Assembly: GCA_026395955.1 (NCBI GenBank)
Contig: JAPLXR010000009.1
Span: forward strand, 1-51,627
DNA: 51,627 nt
Reading direction: 5' to 3'
Origin: Candidatus Nomurabacteria bacterium
Lineage (GTDB): Bacteria > Patescibacteriota > Minisyncoccia > Phycocordibacterales > UBA9973
Positions within the stretch are counted from its first letter, which is position 1. Every line of letters starts with the position of its first letter. Below, one piece after another: positions 1 to 9,500 of this stretch. Position numbers and translations under genes: made by a program. Under the pieces are notes generated by a model. The model was given only the letters and a program-made list of their open reading frames with translations, was not told the origin of the DNA and made no database searches.

Positions 1-2
1 AT

Positions 3-227
3 CCAGTAAAGTTAATTCAGAAAGATTGGAAAGAGAAGGGAATTAGAAACAAAAAAGAAACCTTAGATTTCTTAAGAGGTTACGAACATTCAAGTTATTT
101 AGATTACTTTGGAATATATAGAACTGAAGGGAAAATAATAAATAAAGAATCATTTCCTAATTATTTCCCAAATACTAAAGATTTTAATAATGAAATTTTT
201 TCATGGTTAGATTATAAACAGCTCTAG
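3..227 (+). CDS. 3' end of an unidentified CDS truncated by the window edge (74 codons, ends ...FSWLDYKQL, TAG at 225-227)
   Basis: Frame 3 is open from the window edge to the TAG at 225-227. A 13-bp hairpin follows it. No recognisable motif. Confidence 0.4.
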   Translation, partial: PVKLIQKDWKEKGIRNKKETLDFLRGYEHSSYLDYFGIYRTEGKIINKESFPNYFPNTKDFNNEIFSWLDYKQL

Positions 228-246
228 GCAAGACCTAGAGCTGTTT
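216..246 (+). terminator. Stem-loop overlapping the stop codon (aaacagctctagg-caaga-cctagagctgttt)
   Basis: Perfect 13-bp inverted repeat with a 5-nt loop. The following T-run is only short (tttgc), so terminator strength is uncertain. Confidence 0.4.
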
Positions 247-344
247 GCTAAATAATGTATTTTATGGTAATTTAAATATAAATAAATTTACCTAATGTTT
301 AACAAAAACAGGGCGGTAAGACGCTCTTTAGAAAAATCTAATAA

Positions 345-731
345 ATGAAAATACTAATTATTGATGACATTCCAATGTCATATGAAATTAATGAAATTTT
401 AAAATCTCTTAAAACTTATAATAGTACTGCAATTATCTTTAAGCCAAAATCACTTGAAAGAAAGGAGCTTTATGAGGAATTAAGACTTTTATGTGAAAAA
501 GAAAAGTTTAATTTTGCTTTACTTGATTATGAATTGTGGGGAGGTGGAGAATTTTGTGGTGACGAACTTATTCCTATTTTAAAAGCTATGAATATTTCAT
601 TCTTTGCTTTTTCAGGTAGAGTTAGTTTTAATTCAATTTTAGAACAAAAAGGAGCAATGCGTTCAATCTTAAAAGATAAAAATATTAAAGGTGATCAAGC
701 TGTGTCACAGATGCTTTCTTTTATTAGTTAG
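345..731 (+). CDS. Stand-alone response-regulator receiver (CheY-like REC) domain protein, 128 aa
   Basis: N-terminal MKILIIDD acidic pair, a candidate phospho-acceptor Asp in FALLDYEL, Ser in FFAFSG, and Lys near the C-terminus (SILKD). No output domain and no kinase gene in the window. Confidence 0.55.
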   Translation: MKILIIDDIPMSYEINEILKSLKTYNSTAIIFKPKSLERKELYEELRLLCEKEKFNFALLDYELWGGGEFCGDELIPILKAMNISFFAFSGRVSFNSILEQKGAMRSILKDKNIKGDQAVSQMLSFIS

Positions 732-750
732 CAAATAATCTAATTTAAGC

Positions 751-786
751 AAAAAGTCCGGATAAAAATCCGGACTTTTTTATTTT
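751..786. terminator. Bidirectional intrinsic terminator between the REC gene (+) and topA (-)
   Basis: agtccgga-taaaaa-tccggact forms an 8-bp GC-containing stem at 755-776. It is flanked by an A-run upstream and a T-run downstream. Confidence 0.7.
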
Positions 787-2312
787 TTCTCCAATTTATC
801 TGGGCGGTGGTTTGGGCATTTATTGTTTGAACAGCGTTCGGGAATAGTTTTAGTTCCAAGCATCATGAGGCTATTACACATAGGGCAAATATTACCAGTT
901 GGTTTTGCTTTGATAGCATTTTTACAATCAGGATAATTTGAACAAGAATAGAAAATTCCAAATCTTCCACGGCGTTCCATCATTTCTCCCTTTTTACAAG
1001 TAGGACATTGTACGCCAGACATTTTTTTCTTTTTCTCTTCTTCATCTTCTTCTATATATTTACATTTTGGATAACGAGAACAAGAAACGAATGCGCCAAA
1101 TTTTCCTTGGCGGAGGACAAGGTGTCCGAGTTCTGGAACTTTTGTGCTCTTTCTTTTTTTCTTTCCATTTTTATCGAGCCCAGAATCTTCTACAGGTATT
1201 CCACATTTAGGACAAGGCCGTCCCAAATCTTTCGGTCCTTCGAGTTCTAAACCTTCGAGAGTTCGTGCACCTTTACATTCAGGGAATTTGCTACAAGAAT
1301 AAAATTTTCCATTGCGTGCGAGTTTGATAATCATTGAACTTTTACAGATAGGGCAGAGCATATCAGCCGGAGCTTCACCCATATTCGTCGCTTTAGCGAG
1401 CTTATCTTTTTCTTTTACATCTTTAGAAAATGGTCCATAAAAATCTTTTAATGTTTTTACATATTCTCTTTCTCCGCGAGAAATTTCATCGAGCTGATCT
1501 TCCATTCCTGCTGTGAAAGTATCAGAAATATATTCAGCAAAATTTTGTTCCAAGAAATCAGAAACGACTTCACCTGTATCAGTAGGGAAAAGTGTGCGTC
1601 CTTCTTTTAATACATAACCACGTTCTTCGATAGTGCGCATAATAGATGCATATGTAGATGGACGGCCGATGTCACGAGACTCTAGTTCTTTTACGAGTCC
1701 TGCTTCACTATATCTGCCTGGTGGTTGTGTTTCTTTTCCAAAACTTTCTAGGTTTATTAAAAATAATTTTTCTCCTTTTTTAACTTCAGGAAGTTCTACG
1801 TCTTCACCGCGAGCATCAGCATCTACTTTGAGCCAGCCAAGAAAGAGAACACGTGAACCGTTTGCTGAGAAGTCCGGAAAAAGCTCGTCCGCATTTTGGA
1901 CAGTTCCAGTTACTTTTGTTTTCAAAAGTTTTGCATCAGACATTTGTGAAGACACAGTACGCTCCCAAATAAGTTTATATAATTTTACCTGCTCATCATT
2001 TGCACCTTCAGATAAATTTTCGACATGTGTAGGACGAATAGCTTCGTGAGCTTCTTGAGCATTTTTACTCTTTGATTTGTATGTTTGAGCTTGGACATAT
2101 TCAGGGCCATATTTTTTTTCTACGAGTTTCAATATTTGCTCTTGAGCTACTTTTGAAAGGTTTACAGAGTCAGTACGCATATAAGTAATATGTCCTGCTT
2201 CATAAAGCTTTTGCGCAACTTGCATTGTACGAGAAGGGGAAAAGCCGAGGCGAGTAGAGGCTGTTTGTTGCAAACTCGATGTGGTAAATGGCAGCGGAAC
2301 GCTTTTGTTCAC
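780..2312 (-). CDS. topA: DNA topoisomerase I, C-terminal segment (frameshifted; catalytic-Tyr region plus C-terminal zinc ribbons)
   Basis: PLPFTTSSLQQTASTRLGFS...AQKLYEAGHITYMRTDS is the type IA signature around the active-site Tyr. Several C-terminal CxxC...CxxC zinc ribbons are present (CPICKSS, CPKCG, CPTCKKG, CPMCN). Confidence 0.9.
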   Translation of the reverse strand: MNKSVPLPFTTSSLQQTASTRLGFSPSRTMQVAQKLYEAGHITYMRTDSVNLSKVAQEQILKLVEKKYGPEYVQAQTYKSKSKNAQEAHEAIRPTHVENLSEGANDEQVKLYKLIWERTVSSQMSDAKLLKTKVTGTVQNADELFPDFSANGSRVLFLGWLKVDADARGEDVELPEVKKGEKLFLINLESFGKETQPPGRYSEAGLVKELESRDIGRPSTYASIMRTIEERGYVLKEGRTLFPTDTGEVVSDFLEQNFAEYISDTFTAGMEDQLDEISRGEREYVKTLKDFYGPFSKDVKEKDKLAKATNMGEAPADMLCPICKSSMIIKLARNGKFYSCSKFPECKGARTLEGLELEGPKDLGRPCPKCGIPVEDSGLDKNGKKKRKSTKVPELGHLVLRQGKFGAFVSCSRYPKCKYIEEDEEEKKKKMSGVQCPTCKKGEMMERRGRFGIFYSCSNYPDCKNAIKAKPTGNICPMCNSLMMLGTKTIPERCSNNKCPNHRPDKLEKK

Positions 2313-3033
2313 TTTCTTTTACATCAGAAACAATCCAATTTCCTTTCTTTCCAATTTCTAAAATCTTCTCGACGACTTTTTCATCACGAGGTTCTTCATT
2401 ACAAGTTAATTTTATTTCTACTTTTTTTTCTGTTTTGAAAAGTCCTTCGAGTACCCAATATTTTTCTGGAACGAATGCACGGATTTCTCTTTCACGTTCC
2501 ATAATTATTCGTAGAGCAGGAGATTGCACGCGTCCCGCAGAAAGTCCGTATCGAACTTTCTTCCAAATTATTCCAGAGAGATCATAGCCGACGAGACGAT
2601 CAAGTACTCGACGAGCTTCTTGTGCTTTCACAAGTTTTGCATCGATGTCGCGTGGTTCTTTTAATGCCTCTTCAACTGCTTCTTTTGTAATTTCATGAAA
2701 TGTCACACGCTTGATCGGAGCTTTTACTTTTTTATCTGCATCGAGAATTTCTTTCAAGTGCCAAGAGATCGCTTCTCCTTCGCGGTCGGGGTCAGTAGCG
2801 AGCATTATCTCTGTCGCTTTTTCTGCGAGGCCTTGGAGTTCGTGAATTACTTTTTCTTTTCCTTTTGAGATTTCATAATGAGGAACAAATCCAGCAGGGA
2901 TGTCGATAGCTTGTTTATTTGATTTTGGTAAATCACGTACATGTCCGACAGATGCACGCACAGTAAAAGCTCCACCGAGATATTTCTCGATTGTTTTTGC
3001 TTTTGATGGTGACTCTACGATTAATAGTTTCAT
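2200..3033 (-). CDS. topA: DNA topoisomerase I, N-terminal segment (TOPRIM domain; reads out of frame after about codon 250)
   Basis: MKLLIVESPSKAKTIEKYLG..., DPDREGEAISWH (TOPRIM DxD) and RLVGYDLS. The tail ...SAAIYHIEFATNSLY is nonsense sequence produced by the frameshift. Confidence 0.9.
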   Translation of the reverse strand: MKLLIVESPSKAKTIEKYLGGAFTVRASVGHVRDLPKSNKQAIDIPAGFVPHYEISKGKEKVIHELQGLAEKATEIMLATDPDREGEAISWHLKEILDADKKVKAPIKRVTFHEITKEAVEEALKEPRDIDAKLVKAQEARRVLDRLVGYDLSGIIWKKVRYGLSAGRVQSPALRIIMEREREIRAFVPEKYWVLEGLFKTEKKVEIKLTCNEEPRDEKVVEKILEIGKKGNWIVSDVKESEQKRSAAIYHIEFATNSLYSPRLFPFSYNASCAKAL

Positions 3034-3129
3034 TATTGCTAAGTATTACACGAGATTGCTTTTTTTGGCAAATTTTAAATAAAAATTCTTTTCCACATGT
3101 GCACATATATATAGTGTCTAATTTATATA

Positions 3130-3138
3130 TGATATAAT
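3130..3138 (+). promoter_or_regulatory. Extended -10 element TGaTATAAT upstream of the 3187 operon
   Basis: tgatataat at 3130-3138. A perfect 10-bp palindrome, atgtgcacat, lies at 3097-3106 in the same divergent intergenic region. Confidence 0.35.
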
Positions 3139-3186
3139 GTATACATACGCAGTCGTTGTGTATATTAATATTAATTATTTTAAAAT

Positions 3187-3957
3187 ATGAAAAAATCAAT
3201 TATAAAAATTTCATTGTTTGCATTGCTGTTGATCTTGTCGACAGGTTCCGTTTTTGCTGTTGGTAAAATAGGTCCTAAAAAAAGTCATGTATTAAAAAAT
3301 ACAACTTTTGTTAATAAAATGATTTTTGGAAAAGTTACAAATATCACAGGTAATGTTTTGACTGTAACTACAAACAGAAAAAATGGAGCTACATATACAG
3401 TTGATACAAGTTCTGCTACTTTCAAAAAAGGTGATGCAATTATAAAAATTTCAGATGTTGCTCTAAACGATATGGTCATAGTACATTCAGCTACAGAAAT
3501 TTCTGGGAAAAATATTAAAGCAGATTTTATTACTGATGGACTACCTCAATTTAATTCGATAAACATTGCCGGAGCAAAAAAATTAACAAATCAAAAAAAT
3601 AATTTTGTTTTCGGAACAGTTGCTGCTATCGATGGAAATAATATTTCTATTAATGAACAAAAAGGGAAAGAAACTTCTGTTGTTACAATCACAGTCGATG
3701 CAAATACAAAGTTTGAAAAAATTGGATCACAAAATTCTACTCTCGCAGATGTAGCAGTAGGGAATAAAATAATGGCTATGACACATCAAGGAATTACAAC
3801 TGTCAGAATTATGCCAGAAGTTGCTTCTATGGGAATAAAAAATATTAATCAAAAGAAAAATAATATTTTTGAAAATTTAAATCCTATAACTTTACCAACT
3901 GTACCAGATGCTAGTTCTACAGATAACACAGACACAATTCCTACACCACTACAATAA
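3187..3957 (+). CDS. Secreted protein with two DUF5666-like (OB/beta-barrel-like) repeats
   Basis: Signal peptide MKKSIIKISLFALLLILSTGSVFA. Two similar segments: FGKVTNITGNVLTVTT...YTVDTSSATFKKG...DVALNDMVIV and FGTVAAIDGNNISINE...ITVDANTKFEKIG...DVAVGNKIMAM. Confidence 0.55.
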   Translation: MKKSIIKISLFALLLILSTGSVFAVGKIGPKKSHVLKNTTFVNKMIFGKVTNITGNVLTVTTNRKNGATYTVDTSSATFKKGDAIIKISDVALNDMVIVHSATEISGKNIKADFITDGLPQFNSINIAGAKKLTNQKNNFVFGTVAAIDGNNISINEQKGKETSVVTITVDANTKFEKIGSQNSTLADVAVGNKIMAMTHQGITTVRIMPEVASMGIKNINQKKNNIFENLNPITLPTVPDASSTDNTDTIPTPLQ

Positions 3958-3983
3958 AAGATAAGTTTCTTTTTTAGAAAAAT

Positions 3984-6551
3984 ATGAAATTTATACTAAA
4001 GACAAAAATTTATGCACTTATTCTAATATTTGTTTTTAGTGTTTCATTTTTTTCTTTTGATATAAATAAAGTTTTTGCGGGACCTATAATGACGGGTAAT
4101 GGTACAGCACTACATCCTTATGTTATTTCAACTTGTGGACATTTTCAACAAATAGATAATCATTTAGCATCTCACTATATTCTTAATAATGATATTGATT
4201 GTTCTGGAAGTAATTTAGAGGTTGCTTCTGGTGGAGCATTCACTGGAGATTTTAATGGAAATAATCATACGATTACTTTTGATAATAATCAAGACAGTAC
4301 AGATAATGTAGGGCTTTTTGGTACTATTACTGGTGCTAGTATATATAATCTACAACTTATTTCTGTAAATGGTGTTTCAGGTAATAGAAGTGTTGGTGCT
4401 TTGGCTGGTGTTGCTGATTTTGCAACTATTACTAATGTTACTTCTTCTGTTGATGTTTTGGGTCATAATGCTATAGGAGGTTTGATAGGTCAATCTTCAT
4501 ATACTTCTATATATAGTAGCTCTTCTTCTGGAAATATTTCAGGTGATAAATTTGTTGGAGGTATTGTTGGTTATGCTAGCAATATGGATCTTGAAAATAT
4601 TACAAATACTGCAAATATAAATGGTTTTAATGGAGGTGGACTTGTTGGTGGAATTATAGGTTATTTAGAAGCTACTGGTCTAGAAAATATTTTTACAAAT
4701 GTAAAAGAGTCAGGAAATGTTTCAAACGATGGAGATGATACTGGTGGTATTATAGGAAGTGTTAATTTATATGATGGAGGAATTTTAACTATTTCCGACA
4801 CTCATTATAATGGAGATATTTCAGTAAGTTCTAGTAGATCAATATCTGGAGGTATAATAGGATATTTAAATGATTATAGTAGCGTTTCAAATACGTCTTT
4901 TTCTATTTCTAATAGTGATACTAAGGGTACTATAACAGGTAATAGTGATGGTGGTTCTTTTGGGGGTTTAATAGGAGATATTGATCAATATATTAACAGC
5001 GACAATCTTCAAAATAATATTTCTATTTTAAACAATAGTTCCAGTATGGATGTGTCTTCGGCGTCAGATGCTGTCGGCGGTTTAATAGGTTATATATATC
5101 AAGATACTAATGGTAAAAGTGGTAATCTTTTAACTTTAACTATGACTGGTAATCATACTACTGGTAATATAACTAGTAATGGTGGGTATGTCGTAGGAGG
5201 TTTGGTTGGTTACGATGAAACTTATAATAATAAATTCAGTACACTTGATTATAGTGTTAATCAAAATTATGCTACTGGTACCATATTAGGCCTTGGTGCT
5301 ACTGGTGGTATTTTTGGAGCTCTCGATGCTTTTGGTCCTAGTAATATAAATTTTTCAGAAGATTATTTTTCTGGTCCTAGTGTAATAGCATCTGCAGATG
5401 TAGATGCTGGGGGTTTATTTGGATCTCTTTCTTCAGATTCTAATAATATTACTGTCTCTGATTCTTATGCTAATACAAATGTTATTGCCTTGGCTAACAT
5501 CGGAGGACTTGTCGGAAGTGCTTATAATGTAGATATTAATAGGTCTTATGCTACTGGATCTGTGAATGGTACTGATCCAAATTTATCTTCAAAAGCAGGT
5601 GGATTAGTAGGTATTATCGATGGTAGTAATTTTTCTAATATAAATAATTCTTGGTCTGCAAGTTCGATCGATCCATTTAATTTAAATAATACTTTTGGAG
5701 CAGTTGTAGGATCTCAAGGCAACGTTGCTTTCTCTAATGTTTATTATGATCAAACAAAAAGTTTTATTTCTGATTGTGTGGGTTCAGGGAGTGTGACTAT
5801 TGATTGTCATGCTGAAAATATCGGAAATTCTGATAATTCTTATTTTAAAAACAATACTACAAACGAGCCATATTTATCAGGAGCATGGGATTTTAATAAT
5901 ATTTGGGACAATAACAAAATAGGTCAATATCCTAGACTACACAATATTTCTGCTGACGATGCTACTGATTTATTTGCTGTTGGTAATGGTACAGATGTCA
6001 AACCTTATCAAATTACGACATGTCAGCAATGGGAAAATATTAACCATGATTTAACAGCTAGTTATGTTTTAGAAAATAATTTATCTTGTGCAGGAGAAGA
6101 GAATAATATAATTATCGGTGGCCAAATTGATTTAAATTTACCGAGTTCGATGTTTTTGGGTAAAGTGGATGGTAATAATAAGTCTATTGATATAAATATA
6201 AATTATTCAGGTGGAGGTGAACATATAACAGGATTATTTACTATTACAGGTTTGGCTACTATTTCAAATTTGAATGTTACCGGTTCTGTAATTAGTAATG
6301 CTAAGTCTTATACTGGGGGAATTATTGGTATTGATTATGCACAATCTAGAATTTCACATTCTAGTTTTACTGGAACAGTTTCTGGACAAGATGATGTGGG
6401 GGGCTTATTAGTGATTCTTCAAATATTGGTGGTACTAGAATTGAATATTCATATTTTTCAGGAGATGTTACTGGTAATAATGGTGTCGGAGGTTTGGTTG
6501 GAGGGATGGTCGGCTCATATATTCGAGAATCTTATTCTAGTGGCAATGTAA
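3984..6551 (+). CDS. Giant GLUG-repeat surface protein, N-terminal segment (signal peptide plus modules 1-2; out of frame after about 6403)
   Basis: Signal peptide MKFILKTKIYALILIFVFSVSFFSF...VFA. Repeated (V/I)GG(L/I)(V/I)G motifs. The last ~50 aa (VILQILVVLELNIHIF...) are frameshift nonsense. Confidence 0.8.
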   Translation: MKFILKTKIYALILIFVFSVSFFSFDINKVFAGPIMTGNGTALHPYVISTCGHFQQIDNHLASHYILNNDIDCSGSNLEVASGGAFTGDFNGNNHTITFDNNQDSTDNVGLFGTITGASIYNLQLISVNGVSGNRSVGALAGVADFATITNVTSSVDVLGHNAIGGLIGQSSYTSIYSSSSSGNISGDKFVGGIVGYASNMDLENITNTANINGFNGGGLVGGIIGYLEATGLENIFTNVKESGNVSNDGDDTGGIIGSVNLYDGGILTISDTHYNGDISVSSSRSISGGIIGYLNDYSSVSNTSFSISNSDTKGTITGNSDGGSFGGLIGDIDQYINSDNLQNNISILNNSSSMDVSSASDAVGGLIGYIYQDTNGKSGNLLTLTMTGNHTTGNITSNGGYVVGGLVGYDETYNNKFSTLDYSVNQNYATGTILGLGATGGIFGALDAFGPSNINFSEDYFSGPSVIASADVDAGGLFGSLSSDSNNITVSDSYANTNVIALANIGGLVGSAYNVDINRSYATGSVNGTDPNLSSKAGGLVGIIDGSNFSNINNSWSASSIDPFNLNNTFGAVVGSQGNVAFSNVYYDQTKSFISDCVGSGSVTIDCHAENIGNSDNSYFKNNTTNEPYLSGAWDFNNIWDNNKIGQYPRLHNISADDATDLFAVGNGTDVKPYQITTCQQWENINHDLTASYVLENNLSCAGEENNIIIGGQIDLNLPSSMFLGKVDGNNKSIDININYSGGGEHITGLFTITGLATISNLNVTGSVISNAKSYTGGIIGIDYAQSRISHSSFTGTVSGQDDVGGLLVILQILVVLELNIHIFQEMLLVIMVSEVWLEGWSAHIFENLILVAM

Positions 6552-9500
6552 CAGGTGTAAATAATGTTGGAGGTTTGGCTGGAACATTACGAGATTTGGG
6601 AATTATAGATTCTTATTCCACTAGTAATGTTTCAGGTGATTCTAATGTCGGAGGTGTTGTTGGTCAATTAGATGCTTCTACTATTAGTAATGTGTATTCT
6701 ACTGGAATTGTGAATGGTAATATTTCTACAAATTCTGGGGGAGGATTAGCAGGCTCCATTTCTAATGCTTCAACAGTATCAAATTCATTTTCAACGAGTC
6801 CTATGTCTGGTTTTGGTTTAAATTTTGGTGCATTGATAGGAGCAGATGATGAAACTAACACAATTACGAATAACCATTTTTATGATTTAATTAGTAGTAC
6901 CGGTATGTGTGATGCTGTTTTAGGTACATGGGCTGATTGTGCGAGTGATGCTACAGATATAAATTATTTTAAAGGCAATAGTACAAATGCACCATTTGTA
7001 GATAATTGGGATTTTCGTCCTGGACAAGTTTGGGTTGCAACTCCAGATTCTTATCCGACTCTTTATAAAATTACTGCTGATGATCCAGCAAATCTTTTTG
7101 CTAGTGGAGATGGTACAAAACCAAATCCATTTCATATTCAAACATGTAAACAATTTGAAAATATAAATTATTATTTAAGTTCGTACTTTATTTTAGATAA
7201 TAATTTAGCTTGTTCTAAAAGTGGTAACAGTATTACTGTTGGAAATGGCGATGCATTTTTTACCGGAAATCTAGATGGGCAAAATCACACTATAGATATT
7301 AGTCTCGATACTACTGCCTTGGATAATATTACTGGTTTGTTTACTTTATTATTTGGTGCGAGTGTTTCTAATTTAAATATTTCTGGAAATATTAATTCTA
7401 TTTTATATACTGGTTCTTTGGTTGGAGCTGCTGTCGGTAGTTCTCATATTGATAATGTTCATTCTAGTGTAAATGTTAATTTGGGGGATAATTCTGGTTC
7501 AGGTTATTTTGCTGGTGGACTTGTTGGTGTATTAAATAGTAATTCTGAGATACGAAACAGTAGTTACACTGGAAATATTACTTTGAGTAGTGGTTCTCCT
7601 ATAGACGCCGTTGGAGGTATAGCTGGAGATATGGAGTCTGGTTTTATAAATAAAAGTTATTCTACTGGTAATATAAATTCCTTAAAAGAAGGAGTATCTC
7701 TAGGTATCGGAGGGCTTGCTGGTTATGTTCAGAGTGGTTCTGATATTACAGAAAGTTATTCAAATACAAATGTTAGTAGTGTTTCAAGTGGCACTGGAGG
7801 ACTTGTTGGTGGAGTTGATAATTCTAGTGTTACTAATGCTTATGCAACAGGAAATGTGACTGGTTCGAGTAATATTGGAGGACTTGTGGGTAATTCAAAT
7901 AATGCAGGAATACAGAATACCTATGCTACAGGTTCTGTTACCTCAACTTCCGGTATTAATGGTGGTGGACTTATTGGTTCAGCTAATAATTCTACTATTA
8001 CTAATTCTTTTACGACTAGCTTTGTTTCTAACTTTTTTTCAAATATGGGTGGTTTTATTGGTGATGATAGTGGAAGTAATACATTCGGTAGTAATGATTG
8101 GTATAATTTAGCTACTAGCGGAACAAGCGCTTGCAGTGGTGATTCTGACATTAGTGCTAGTTGTTTTGATCAAACTGACGTAAATTTCTTTAAGGGTATT
8201 ATTAATAGTGAAACTTATGGACCGATAAGTAGTTGGGATTTTAATAGCGCTCCTATATGGGTAGCGACTGATGGATTTTATCCTACTCTTTATAATATTT
8301 CTGCTGATGATCCTATTTTATTTCAAAACGGAGCTGGTTCTGCTGGTAGTCCGTACGAGATAACTTCTTGTCAGGAATTACAAAATATAAATACAAATTT
8401 AAGTGCTTATTATATATTAAAAAATGATATAGATTGTTCTAATTTTAATTTTTCTTCAATTGGATTAGACACTCCTGGTTTCACTGGTAATTTTAATGGA
8501 GAAGATTTTGCTATAGATCGTTTAAATATTTTTGAACCAAGTAAAAGCAACGTAGGTTTGTTTAGTGTGTTGGGTGATACTGCTGTAGTAAAAAATGTTT
8601 TATTAACACGTGAAAATATTATTGGAAGTGAGAATGTTGGAGGACTTGCTGGTTATATAAATACAGGAGCAAAAGTGTCAAAAATATCAACTGGTGGTGC
8701 TGTAACTGGTAGTGGTAATAATACAGGAGGATTGGCAGGTGTGAATGCATCACCAGCTACTATCGTAAATAGTAATTCTTTTGTTGATGTGAGTGGGTTT
8801 GATAATGTCGGAGGACTTGTCGGAGATAATGAGGGTGGTTCAATTGTGAATTCTTATGCTACTGGTAATGTAGATGGTTATCAAAATATCGGAGGACTAG
8901 TAGGTTACGGTGTTTCTGGAAATATTTTTAATTCTTATGCTACTGGAAATGTCAGTGGTGCTATCTCTGTCGGAGGACTTGTGGGTGATGGAAGTAATGC
9001 CATTATTACAAATACTTATGCGACAGGATCTGTCATGGGTAATGCTTATAATTTAGGAACAGATAACCAAGGTATCGCTGGTTTTGTTGGATATTCTGCT
9101 GGTAGTGCAATGATAAATAATTCATTCACAACTAGTCCTGTTACATTTATTTATGATGGAATAAATGCATCTTCGACTCCACTTTCAAATGATACTTATG
9201 TTGGTAATTTTATTGGTAACAATGATGCCGGTACTACTTTTGTAAATGATTATTATGATCAAATAAATGGTCAACAAAATTATTGTATGGGTAACAGTAC
9301 TCTGGGTGGCCAAGGAGTATCAGATGATGCTAATTGTAATAATGATGGAGCTGATTATACTTATTTCCAAGGTAATGCAAGTAATACACCTCTCAATAAT
9401 TGGAATTTTACAAATATTTGGAATTTAAATGATACGAATTATCCAATTCTTCAACAGAATTCTGAATTTACAGGTAAAGGTAAAGGTGATAAAGAACAGC

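Noticed and set aside
1008-3199. Plus-strand ORFs (1008-1250, 1633-2049, 2190-2438, 2288-2587, 2900-3082) and minus-strand ORF 2933-3199 overlapping topA and its upstream region
   Set aside because: They lie antisense or out of frame to a gene with unambiguous TopA motifs. Their translations are low in complexity (Ser/Phe/Leu-rich) with no recognisable features.
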